From: Ranitomeya imitator | Lineage: Eukaryota | DNA length: 64,000 nucleotides | NCBI RefSeq assembly: GCF_032444005.1 | Contig: NC_091291.1 | Coordinates: 120,900,001 to 120,964,000, forward strand | Direction: 5' to 3' | Part shown: in pieces, positions 11,801-21,289 of the stretch | How positions within the stretch are numbered: the stretch's first letter is position 1 | Layout: each line of letters begins with the position of its first letter | Notes under the pieces: generated by a model | Told to the model about the DNA's origin: nothing | Database searches by the model: none | The model's input: the letters and a program-made list of their open reading frames with translations, nothing else | Translations under genes and position numbers: made by a program

Positions 11801-14800
11801 TCCTCTTCGCGTTCCATCTCGCCGCACGGCCCTCCCCCGCGGTTGGTGTCGCACCGTTCCTCCTCCCCTGAGTCAGGCGAGGCTTTATCTGATGCGCCCT
11901 CAGAGGAGATGTCGGAGTTGGATCCTAGCCAAATCGCCACCATGAGTGAGTCGGTCCAGAACCTCATTCGGGCTATAAACCAAACCTGTGGCATTAAGGA
12001 TCCCTCTACGGAACCCGCAGATCAGGCGGTTTCGTTTAGACGGGCCAAACCACCTTCAAGATTTTTTGCCCCTCATCCTGAATTCGAGGAAATCCTGGCC
12101 AGAGAGAGAGAGAATCCGACCAGACGTTTTCAGAGGGGAAAACGCCTGGGGGTGTTATATCCTTTTTCACCAGATCTTACCGCCAATTGGACGGTCTCTC
12201 CCTCGGTGGATCCACCTGTGTCCAGGCTGTCCACCAACACGGTGCTCCCACTGTCCGGCGGAGCGTCTCTGAAGGATTCTAACGACAGAGTTATAGAATC
12301 CTTCGCAAAATCTGCCTTCGAAGCGGCTTCAGCAGCGCTATGCCCGGCCTTTGCTTCCACTTGGGCCTCAAAATCCATCTCAAAATGGGCCAAGGATCTG
12401 CGGCGAGGTATCCTGGACGGGGCTCCTCCAGCGCAATTAGCGGAACTTGCCAACCAGATTTCCCACGCTGGTGAATACCTGGTTTCCGCCTCCCTGGATG
12501 TCGCCTCTTGTGCGGCTCAGGCTTCCAGCAATGCCGTTGCCATCCGCCGGACCGTTTGGCTCAAGGCCTGGCAGGCGGACTTGTCCTCCAAAAAGTCCCT
12601 CACTAGTCTGCCCTTCCAGGGCTCTCGTCTCTTTGGTTCCCAGCTGGACCAGATCATTAAGGACGCCACTGGGGGCACAAGTTCCCTTCTCCCCCAGGCT
12701 AAACCTCGTCGCCCTCCTCCTAGACGGCAGTTTCGCTCGTTCCGGCCTTTTCGTCGCTTCGCTGCGTCAAACTCCTTTTCCCAGCAGCAACAGAGGCCAC
12801 AGGCACGTCAAGAGAAGAAGGCGGTGTCCTTCAGGCCCACTCCGTCCTGGCGTCCTCGCTATTCCCAGGGTAGATCGTCCAGGCCCAGGACTGGAAGATC
12901 CACTTCCGCATGACTCTCGGCAAGACTCCAGCCCAACTCCCAGGTTGGGGGGCCGTCTTCTCCTTTTCAGGGACGTCTGGATTTCCGCAGTAGAGGATGC
13001 ATGGGTCAGGGAAGTTGTGTCTTCGGGATACAAAATAGAGTTCGCCTCCCGACCCAGAGATCGTTTCTTCCAATCTCGTCCTCCAAAAGATCCCGCTTTG
13101 GTTCCGGGCTTCTTCGCAGCCATCGCTTCTCTGCTCAAATCCGGGGTAATCGTTCCCGTCCCAGAAAAGGAACGGTACACGGGTTTCTACTCGAACCTCT
13201 TTGTGGTACCGAAAAAAGACGGCAAGGTTCGTCCCATTCTGGACCTCAAATTGTTGAACAGGAGGGTTCGCCTGAGACACTTCAGGATGGAATCCCTTCG
13301 TTCAGTAATTGCTTCCATGGAGGCTCAGGAATTTCTATGCTCTATAGATATCCAGGACGCCTACCTACATGTTCCAATATTTCCCGGACATCACCGTTTC
13401 CTGCGCTTCGCAGTGCAACAAGATCATTTTCAGTTCGTCGCCCTGCCGTTCGGTCTCGCAACCGCGCCAAGGGTGTTCACGAAAATCATGGCGGCGCTGA
13501 TGGCCATTTTGAGAGTCAGAGGCTTGGTTCTGTTTCCATACCTCGACGACATCCTCATCAAGGCTCCGTCCTTTGCTCAGGCCCACGAAAGCTTGTCCAT
13601 TGTTCTCGACACCTTATCCCGTTTCGGATGGCTGGTCAACCGGAAGAAGTCCTGCCTTATTCCTTCTCAGCGCATCATCTTTCTGGGCATGCTCTTCGAC
13701 ACTCGTCAGTCCAGAGTCTTCCTTCCCAAGGACAAGAGATCCACCCTTTGTCGGGACATTCTCTTGCTCCAGGGTCCTCGGCCTCCCTCCCTCCGATCGG
13801 CCATGAAGGTTCTGGGGAGGATGGTAGCTACCTTGGAAGCGATTCCCTTCGCCCAATTCCATTCTCGACCCCTTCAGCAAGCCATTCTGTCTCAGTGGGA
13901 CAGGTCGGTCTTCTCCCTGGATCGGCCGATCAGACTCTCCTTTCGGGTCAAGCGGTCTCTCAACTGGTGGCTGACATCTCCTCTCATCTCCCAGGGCAGG
14001 TCCTTCCTTCCGGTTCACTGGCAGGTGGTGACAACGGATGCCAGCCTGATCGGCTGGGGTGCGGTTTTTCGCCACCTGACGGTTCAGGGCCGTTGGTCGC
14101 TACAGGAGTCCGCGCTGCCGATCAACGTCCTCGAAATTCGGGCCATCTTTCTGTCCCTCCGCCATTGGGAAAGGATTCTCAGGGGCCTTCCAGTCCGGAT
14201 CCAGACGGACAATGCCACGGCTGTGGCATATGTCAACCATCAGGGGGGGACTCGGAGCTCCTTGGCCCTTGCCGAGGTGTCCAAGATCCTCCTTTGGGCA
14301 GAGGCAACGGTTCCGGTGATATCCGCGGTGCATATCCCCGGCGTAGAAAACTGGGCCGCCGACTTCCTCAGCCGCGAGGGTCTCGCGGCGGGGGAATGGT
14401 CCCTGCATCCGGAGGTCTTCCATCAGATTTGTCTTCGATGGGGAACTCCGGATGTGGATCTCACGGCGTCTCGGATCAACAGGAAGGTTCCACAATTCGT
14501 CTCCAGGTCACGCGATCCTCTCGCAGTGGGCGTCGATGCTCTGGCCATTCCTTGGTCACAGTTCGAGATGCCCTATCTGTTCCCACCCCTTCCATTACTT
14601 CCCAAGCTGTTGAAGAAGATCAAAGCGGAAGGGGTGCCGGTCATCCTGATCGCCCCGGATTGGCCCAGGAGAGCTTGGTTCGCGGAGCTCGTCAACCTTC
14701 TCGCGGACGCTCCCTGGTGCCTTCCAGACAGGCCCGATCTGCTGTCCCAGGGTCCGATCTGCCACCCGAATTCTCGGTCGCTCAGTTTAACGGCGTGGCT

Positions 14801-17800
14801 GTTGAGACCGCGGTTCTAAGAGCGTCCGGCCTTTCGGACCGGGTCATTCACACCATGATTCAGGCTCGGAAGCCTTCGTCTTCCAGGATCTACTACCGCA
14901 CCTGGAAGGCCTACTTCCGTTGGTGCGAGTCCAACCGCGTGCCGCCTATGGTTTTTTCCCTGCCTTCTCTTTTGGCCTTCCTTCAGGCAGGACTGGATTC
15001 GGGCCTGGCTCTTAGTTCCCTGAAGGGTCAGGTCTCTGCGCTTTCCATCCTCTTTCAGAAGACCTTGGCCTCTCGGCCACAGGTTAAGACCTTCTTTCAG
15101 GGGGTAGCCCACGCCGTCCCGCCGTACAGGGCCCCTGTGGAGGCATGGGACCTAAACCTGGTACTGGACGTTTTGAAGGTTTCTCCCTTTGAACCTCTTA
15201 GGGAGATTCCTCTATCAGTTTTATCTTGGAAGGTGGCCTTTCTTGTGGCCATCACGTCCATTCGCCGCGTTTCCGAGCTGGCGGCACTGTCTTGCCGCCC
15301 TCCGTTTTTGGTCATTCACCAGGACAAGGTGGTCTTCCGACCTCCACCTTCTTTTCTTCCTAAGGTGGTTTCCACCTTCCACCTCAACGAGGACATCGTT
15401 CTACCTTCCTTTTGTCCAGCTCCGACTCATCCTCTGGAGCGATCGTTGAACAAGCTGGACCTAGTCAGGGCAGTGAGGATTTATCTGGATAGAACATCCT
15501 CTTTCCGGAAGTCGGATTCATTTTTCGTCATTCCGGATGGCACGCGCAGAGGCCAGTCGGCTTCTAAAGCGACTATTGCTCGCTGGATCAGAACGGCAAT
15601 TTTGGAGGCTTACCGGGTCAAGAACAGAGTGCCCCCTCCTGGGATTAAGGCTCACTCTACCCGGGCAGTCGGCGCCTCCTGGGCGGTGCACCACAGGGCT
15701 TCCGCCCTACAGCTTTGCAAAGCGGCAACTTGGTCTTCCATCCACACGTTCGCCAAATTTTACAAGGTCCATACCTACGCATCGGCGGACGCCAGCCTAG
15801 GCAGAAGGATCCTGCAGGCGGCAGTGGTGAGTCCTCTGACCTGATGGAAGTCTGTTTTCCCGCCCTTGGGACTGCTTTGGGACGTCCCATGGTTCCTGTG
15901 TCCCCCAATGAGAGGCGATAAAGAAAACAGGATTTTTGGTTGCTTACCGTAAAATCTGTTTCTTGAAGCCTCCATTGGGGGACACAGCTCCCTCCCAATG
16001 TTTTTGTTATATGTTCTCTGACTGTTCTCACGTTTACAGTTCTCAGGTTTGTGGTTATGGTTTTCAACCTTGTTCTTTCTCCTACTGCTTTCTCACTAAC
16101 TGAAGAGTTTAATGCCAGTCGGTGGGGTGTACACTGCAGAGGAGGAGCTAATTTTTTTATTTGCATAGTGTCAGCCTCCTAGTGGCAGCAGCATACACCC
16201 ATGGTTCCTGTGTCCCCCAATGGAGGCTTCAAGAAACAGATTTTACGGTAAGCAACCAAAAATCCTGTTTCTTGTGACATGTCGAGCTGGTATACTTTAT
16301 GTATTCCTTTCTTTCATCTGGATGGAATAGTATTCTATTGCATTTTTCCATACAGAGACATGCAGTTAAAAAATTGGTATACGTCAGGAACACTACCCTA
16401 TGTGTATACCTTTGACACAGAGGGAGTCACCTACACTGTTTCTTTATAGGAATTTGCAGAAAAGCCTAGCGAAGAGACGCCCGCTGAGCAGAAGATTGTA
16501 AAAGACTTGAATAAGATGTCTGATAAGGAGAAGAGGAAATTATTGAAGAAGGAATCTCCTGAATTGATGGAGCTGGTTCAAGATCTTAAGCAAAAGGTAA
16601 TGTGACTTCTCGCTGATCTCATGTTCAATACTGGCCTCATAAATCCTCTCCTACACAATGGTGGCTCAGTGGTTAGCACTGTTGCTTTGCAGCACTGTAT
16701 GGTGGCTCAGTGGTTAGCACTTGCTTTGCAGCACTGGGGTCCTGGGTTCAAGTCCTGCCAAGGAGAACATCAGCAAGGAGTTTGAATGTGTTCTCCCTGA
16801 GTTTGCGTGGGTTTCTCCGGTTTCCTCCCACATTCCCATACTGATAGGGAATCTAGATTGTGAGCCGCAATGGGGACAGTGATGCTAATATCTGTAAAGT
16901 GCTGCAGAATATGATAGCGATAGATAAGCAAAGCCTAATAAATAATCTCTAGTGCCACATTATATGTACCTGCCCTTTTAAGTTCTTCAATCTGGAGAAT
17001 TATTTTGCATCATTCTCCCCTAAAAATTACCTACCAGCTGGTTGAAAGATTCTGTAGCTTTAATAATCCAGGCTTCTTTTTAATCTTAACTTTTTTCTTT
17101 TCTTCGTGTGTGTGTTTCATAGTTAGCTGAAGTGAAAAATGAATTGCAGCCATTGATCCAAATGATAACAGATGGAATTATCCCTAAAGGAAAGGTAATC
17201 AATGTTGCTGCGAGACTGCTGCTGACATTTTCTCAGTGATTCCTACCTGTAATAGTTATGATAAGCTCTTTGGTTGACATGGCTCTTAAAGTCGTGCTTT
17301 AGGTCAGGCTGTGATCTGAAAAACACAGCTCCCGACGCCTGTGTCTCAACCGACAGAGGCGCTTTATCGTAAGCACACATACTGGTGAGCTGCCAGAGAA
17401 GGGCTGTAATAGGAGAAGAAATAAATCGTCTCAGCTGACCGCACATGGGAGGCTTGAGGCTGATCAGTTTTGCCCGAATTTTTCTTAAAATATCTGTCTA
17501 CTGGTAGTGAACACACATCGTATGTAGTCTCCATAGTCCAGAAACGTGCGTGCGAGCATTGAAAGATTACTTCTCCATCAATGGGTTGCATTGGCCATGA
17601 TTGGGGGCGAGTTCTCAGTGACTGAATCACCACCATTAGTTGAATTAAATGATTTATGGTTGTTCTTTACAGGGCAGCGACTACCTACAGACCAAATACC
17701 AGCTGTACTTAAAGTAAGTATCACCAGGAGGTTTTGCTCTTATTTCTCTGGACCTCACTCTTTGTATAATTATTCTGTTCTCTCATCTCTTATGTATTTA

Positions 17801-20529
17801 TTAGTTATTGCACAAACATTAGTTACTACCTGCTGCTGAAAGCAAAAAGAATACCCATCACCGGCCACCCCGTGATCGAGAGACTGGTCACGTACAGGAA
17901 TGTGAGTCATTTTTTCTCTTCCGGATCACCATCGTCTTCGCCGTTGTCAGTCATCTTGCCTAAACATCTCTTCTCGTCATTTTAGCTGATAAATGACCTA
18001 CTTGTTGTGGATGAAAGGATATCTCCAGAAATTTGCCTGCTGCTCTCTGAAGATTTTCAGAAAAACCTTTCTGAAGGGAAGATTAATGCCAGTCAGCCTA
18101 AACCCTCTAAAAAAGCGGCTACCAAGGTAAGGGGATAAAAACGAAGATTATGTTCAGGTGCGTCTTCTGCCAGCTACAAAATACATTATTCTATGTTGTG
18201 TGAAATGGTAATTGCACCGTATACAACCAATGTGGAAGAATACTGGCTGTATATAGCATTGTACGCCAAATTGAAATCTAGTAGAATGCAATAATTGGCA
18301 TCTCCATCACACTAATATGGTCACGTGCATGCCCTCAACAAACATCCATGGTTATAGTATAGTAGCCATATTACATCTTGATAGTTTTCTCTGCGCAAGC
18401 AACTATTCCAAAGCAGCGACTTCCATCAATCAGTGGGGGACACTAAAAATCAAATTGTCTTTGTGACATACAGAGTTATTTCTGCGACTCTGTATCCAGA
18501 CAGCAGCTGATCCCACTCTTGGTATCATTAGTTTTTCCTATCTTTTGACCCCTCACTGATCAAACTTGGCATATTTAGTGGATATGGCATAAAGGTGGTC
18601 ATAAAAAAATAATTTAAAGCAAAGCCCACGAGCCTAATGCTGCCCAGACCTAACATGTAGGTGGAGTGATGATCTACGGGTGGTAATGCTGGAAATAAAC
18701 CATTATATGGTGAGTTTTGGGGCTCGGTATAGTCCATACCTAACAAGGGTCCTCTATAGTGAGACACACTTTTCGAAGTCGCCTTCCTTGGATAATGGAA
18801 GTGGTATCACTGTCAGGACCCATACCTTCTTGTGGACCTTTAAGACAAAATGGGCAATCCCACTATTGTAAGTCTCTGATGCTACATGTGATCTAGGATT
18901 ACTGTGACATTAGGACACCACATTACAATCATCCGCCTTCTGCTCAGATCTATAATGTATTATTCCTTATGAAATACAGCGCCCCGAGCCTGAAGACGAC
19001 GACAGTGATATGGATGAAGACGATGCTCTCAAATACTACAGAACGATGGAGAACAGATTGCTACAGAAGCGGAAACCTGTAGAAGAGCAGACGATGTACG
19101 TAGTCTTACTGACCATGAGATAATGAGGCTTTAAGTTTCCCAATTCCTCCTTAATACTGCAAATTTGTTGTTTTTTTCTAGTGAGGAGTACCCATCTGAA
19201 GAAACAGATCCCAATGCCAAGAGAGCCATCACTTATCAGGTAATGTGCCAGTGCTGCCAACTAGAAAACAATTATCCCCTAAGAAAAGTGTTTCTAGCAA
19301 TAGAAAGCTCATAAGCAGCGACAAAGATCCACAAGCTTTATAGATCCCATTGATTCTGGGAATCTGTGGTGCTTCGTCATCAATGTGATCATGACCTGTC
19401 GTGAGATCATCCACCTATGACTGAGCAGACCCAAGAAAGGTCCCTGTAGAAAACTTTATTCCTCCTTTTCTCTTATAGTGGTATGTTAGGAATAAACGAA
19501 GGGGAAGGCACTCGGGCTTGACATGAGTCTTTGTTCATTGCAGATTGCTAAGAATAAGGGGCTTACACCGAAAAGAAGGAAGATTGACCGTAACCCAAGG
19601 GTTAAGCACAGAGAGAAGTTCAGGCGTGCCAAGATCCGCAGAAAGGGCCAGGTATGTATCTGTATTCTGCTACATTGATCAGAACCAGCAGATGACTTTG
19701 GTGAACAACTACCTGGAAAGTTCAGATCTGGTCGCCTGTTCACGGTGCAGACATAGGCCAGTGTAAAGGCGAATCATCACACAACAGACATTAATGACAT
19801 CTAATAAGCCCTATGGATTTAGGTTAGGGTTTGATGGATTACAGCAAGGTTTCCATTGTTTTAACGAGAAGAATAGTGCTATTCTTTCCATCAAACATCT
19901 TGGAATCTGTGAGAGACTCCAACACAGATCTAAGCGCCCCCTGAGCAAGCACCGCCTCGCCCCATGGGCTGTCTAGTGCAAAGAGTTGTTTTCATCTGTG
20001 AATGTCTTGAAAGTTTGCCAGTGAAGTCTCCAGCTAAAACTCCCAAGGTGACAGCCTTTGCTTGGTCCAGCAGCCACGTCAGTAATCTGTGGCCATCAGA
20101 CTGGCGCCCAAAGAACTGCCTCCTACGTGCCAGCATCCGCGGTTCTTTTGATTAGCCAGCCAGGACATACTTTCTTCTAAACAAAAAAAATTTAACAAAT
20201 CCTTATTTTAATGTATAAAATGTTTGATCTAGTTGATCAACACTGGGGATCAAGAAGTAAAAACTTGCTTTAGGATGGTCTGGATCATGCATTATGACCA
20301 ATATACCATTTCCTTTTATCCTCTCACCCCTCGGGTGATGGACATGTGCCCTTTTTTGATCCAAAAGTTGGTTGTGATGAAATGCCTAAGAACGGTCTCC
20401 ACGCTTTCCTTCACTGACTTTTGTCTGTGTTAACAACAGGTACGTGAGGTCCGCAAGGAAGAAGCCCGATACTCCGGGGAGGTCTCTGGTATCCGCGCCG
20501 GAGTTAAGAAGAGCATCAAGCTTAAATAA
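2826..20529 (+). CDS. UTP3: UTP3/SAS10 small-subunit processome component, 16 coding exons, 467 aa
   Basis: Exons: 2826-2842, 6217-6301, 7201-7257, 7400-7456, 7545-7662, 8742-8816, 9650-9774, 16450-16596, 17123-17194, 17673-17713, 17805-17901, 17986-18126, 18980-19095, 19182-19239, 19544-19651, 20440-20529. All introns are GT-AG, phases are consistent and the total is 1404 nt. Translation contains hallmark SAS10 segments: AWGLRKKLYYDTDY, KESPELMEL, YCTNISYYLLLKAKRIPITGHPVIERLVTYR, AKRAITYQIAKNKGLTPKRRKIDRNPRVKHREKFRRAKIRRKGQVREVR and the terminal SGIRAGVKKSIKLK*. The two 5' exons are the least certain. Confidence 0.96.
3317..3470. mobile_element. Short palindromic T2-type MITE (AGG...CCT ends)
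   Basis: Arms aggccatgttcacacgttcagtattttacatcagtatttgtagccaaaaccagg and cctggttttggctacaaatactgatgtagaatactgaatgtgtgactgtggcct. Confidence 0.75.
4031..4769. mobile_element. Palindromic T2-type MITE
   Basis: Ends aggtaccgtcacac and gtgtgaaggtacct. Long internal inverted repeat (~4150-4340 versus ~4370-4550). TAA-containing flanks. Confidence 0.85.
4770..4951 (-). mobile_element. 5'-truncated V-SINE with (AAT)n tail
   Basis: Reverse complement matches the SINE at 16658-16946 (gtttcctcccacattcc, ctgataggg, tagattgtgagcc, tgtaaagtgctgc). Tail abuts the MITE end. Confidence 0.8.
5617..5802. mobile_element. hAT-type MITE with 8-bp TSD
   Basis: CAGTG...CACTG ends, near-perfect palindrome, TSD gtctagtg at 5609-5616 and 5803-5810. 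Confidence 0.9.
5834..6028. mobile_element. hAT-type MITE with 8-bp TSD
   Basis: CAGGGGTGTCAAACTGC...GCAGTTTGACACCCCTG ends, TSD ttgtacgg at 5826-5833 and 6029-6036. Internal sequence resembles the neighbouring MITE. Confidence 0.9.
6396..6698. mobile_element. Palindromic T2-type MITE
   Basis: Ends aggctacgttcacatt and aatgtgaacgtagcct. Interior rich in gacgca motifs. Confidence 0.85.
8320..8625. mobile_element. Palindromic MITE (TAGT-ATGAGCGAA termini)
   Basis: Ends tagtaatgagcgaa and ttcgctcatcacta, with inverted arms throughout. Related relics at ~4980-5240 and ~22680-22820. Confidence 0.7.
11416..12913 (+). CDS. DIRS ORF1 (gag-like) with one frameshift in a C7 run at 11608-11614
   Basis: ATG 11416 frame encodes an N-terminal CxxC-x12-CxxC motif (CSSC...CQSC). 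The track ORF 11486-12913 carries the gag body. Removing one C gives DPP-IPGWAASL and a continuous 498-aa ORF. Confidence 0.8.
12447..14819 (+). CDS. DIRS ORF2: reverse transcriptase, RNase H and C-terminal Dam-like methyltransferase domain
   Basis: RT motifs VRPILDL, SIDIQDAY, LPFGLATAPRVF and PYLDD. RNase H residues TDAS, LEIRA, TDN, ADFLSR. MT-like DLTASRINRKVPQF...YLFPP. No stops. True start unknown. Confidence 0.93.
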   Translation: MPTRFPTLVNTWFPPPWMSPLVRLRLPAMPLPSAGPFGSRPGRRTCPPKSPSLVCPSRALVSLVPSWTRSLRTPLGAQVPFSPRLNLVALLLDGSFARSGLFVASLRQTPFPSSNRGHRHVKRRRRCPSGPLRPGVLAIPRVDRPGPGLEDPLPHDSRQDSSPTPRLGGRLLLFRDVWISAVEDAWVREVVSSGYKIEFASRPRDRFFQSRPPKDPALVPGFFAAIASLLKSGVIVPVPEKERYTGFYSNLFVVPKKDGKVRPILDLKLLNRRVRLRHFRMESLRSVIASMEAQEFLCSIDIQDAYLHVPIFPGHHRFLRFAVQQDHFQFVALPFGLATAPRVFTKIMAALMAILRVRGLVLFPYLDDILIKAPSFAQAHESLSIVLDTLSRFGWLVNRKKSCLIPSQRIIFLGMLFDTRQSRVFLPKDKRSTLCRDILLLQGPRPPSLRSAMKVLGRMVATLEAIPFAQFHSRPLQQAILSQWDRSVFSLDRPIRLSFRVKRSLNWWLTSPLISQGRSFLPVHWQVVTTDASLIGWGAVFRHLTVQGRWSLQESALPINVLEIRAIFLSLRHWERILRGLPVRIQTDNATAVAYVNHQGGTRSSLALAEVSKILLWAEATVPVISAVHIPGVENWAADFLSREGLAAGEWSLHPEVFHQICLRWGTPDVDLTASRINRKVPQFVSRSRDPLAVGVDALAIPWSQFEMPYLFPPLPLLPKLLKKIKAEGVPVILIAPDWPRRAWFAELVNLLADAPWCLPDRPDLLSQGPICHPNSRSLSLTAWLLRPRF
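13001..15844 (+). CDS. DIRS ORF3: tyrosine recombinase (domain from ~14800) with a long N-terminal extension overlapping ORF2
   Basis: Catalytic set SIRRVSEL (R), AHSTRA (HxxR), ATWSS (W) and FAKFY (Y). The 947-aa frame is open from ATG 13001. Confidence 0.92.
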   Translation: MGQGSCVFGIQNRVRLPTQRSFLPISSSKRSRFGSGLLRSHRFSAQIRGNRSRPRKGTVHGFLLEPLCGTEKRRQGSSHSGPQIVEQEGSPETLQDGIPSFSNCFHGGSGISMLYRYPGRLPTCSNISRTSPFPALRSATRSFSVRRPAVRSRNRAKGVHENHGGADGHFESQRLGSVSIPRRHPHQGSVLCSGPRKLVHCSRHLIPFRMAGQPEEVLPYSFSAHHLSGHALRHSSVQSLPSQGQEIHPLSGHSLAPGSSASLPPIGHEGSGEDGSYLGSDSLRPIPFSTPSASHSVSVGQVGLLPGSADQTLLSGQAVSQLVADISSHLPGQVLPSGSLAGGDNGCQPDRLGCGFSPPDGSGPLVATGVRAADQRPRNSGHLSVPPPLGKDSQGPSSPDPDGQCHGCGICQPSGGDSELLGPCRGVQDPPLGRGNGSGDIRGAYPRRRKLGRRLPQPRGSRGGGMVPASGGLPSDLSSMGNSGCGSHGVSDQQEGSTIRLQVTRSSRSGRRCSGHSLVTVRDALSVPTPSITSQAVEEDQSGRGAGHPDRPGLAQESLVRGARQPSRGRSLVPSRQARSAVPGSDLPPEFSVAQFNGVAVETAVLRASGLSDRVIHTMIQARKPSSSRIYYRTWKAYFRWCESNRVPPMVFSLPSLLAFLQAGLDSGLALSSLKGQVSALSILFQKTLASRPQVKTFFQGVAHAVPPYRAPVEAWDLNLVLDVLKVSPFEPLREIPLSVLSWKVAFLVAITSIRRVSELAALSCRPPFLVIHQDKVVFRPPPSFLPKVVSTFHLNEDIVLPSFCPAPTHPLERSLNKLDLVRAVRIYLDRTSSFRKSDSFFVIPDGTRRGQSASKATIARWIRTAILEAYRVKNRVPPPGIKAHSTRAVGASWAVHHRASALQLCKAATWSSIHTFAKFYKVHTYASADASLGRRILQAAVVSPLT
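16658..16946 (+). mobile_element. tRNA-derived V-SINE with duplicated 5' head
   Basis: A box TGGCTCAGTGG twice (copies start ~16658 and ~16699), B box GGTTCAAGTCC, V-domain-like gtttgcgtgggtttctccggtttcctcccac, L2-like tail ending aataaataa. Confidence 0.85.
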
Positions 20530-21289
20530 AGTTGGAGACTGTAATTATATTTGTAACTATGTAGATTTTCATGTTATTTTTCACACGTTTTGTTAAAAGT
20601 TCACATTAACAAGATTTTTTTCATTGCTGGAATTTTCTGTTTGTCTTTGTTATTCAATGGGGACTCCTCACTATTTATTTATTTTTTTACAATCCCGTGA
20701 CTCATAACAATGGATCATTTAAAAACATATCAAAATCGGATGGAAACGTGAAATACAATGTTTTTAATTTTCCATCCATTTTATACGGATCTTTTATAGA
20801 CTTGAATGGCCAATTCTGATCTGCAAAATTAAGACCTGCTTGGAGTCTCATGGACATAACACACAAATCTGTTTTTAAATCAGAGGTGCGTATGAGTCAG
20901 TGAAACTCTACAGGTCTACGTGCTGTCCGAGAAAAAAAAAAAACGGGCAGTCCTAAGACCTATCGCACTGATGTGTGTATGCAGCCTGCGGCACATCCCA
21001 CATGCCCACAACTGAACTAGACAAAAAAAAAATTCTTCCAAACTATTTCCAGAAAACATGACGTGAGACGTATTGAAAAGATCTAATCCATATCTTACAT
21101 TCAATGCAAAGATTACAGCAGATGGTCAGATACCAAGAACTGAATCCATGGCCATAATGGTCTAATTATTACTCCAGAAGACAGATTTGGGGAAGATTAT
21201 GAGAACTGATGCATAAAATGGAACTACACTAATACAGTGTAACGTATTGCAGTTGTGAGAAAGTCAGACTAAAGTTCGGACTAGTTCTC

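Larger units (their letters stand above)
9980..16270 (+). mobile_element. Near-intact DIRS1-type tyrosine-recombinase retrotransposon in UTP3 intron 7 (sense orientation)
   Basis: TTT at both ends (9980-9982, 16268-16270). Left ITR ~9995-10140 is inverted at ~16079-16219. Internal complementary region (ICR) 15886-15987 joins the complements of both termini. Encodes gag, RT/RNaseH/MT and YR ORFs. Confidence 0.97.

Noticed and set aside
12910-12993. ATG overlapping the gag stop (ATGA) as the RT start
   Set aside because: It is in the third frame and ends at TAG after 27 codons.
16658-16770. Possible tRNA gene
   Set aside because: A and B boxes are present, but there is no cloverleaf and the sequence continues into a SINE body and tail.
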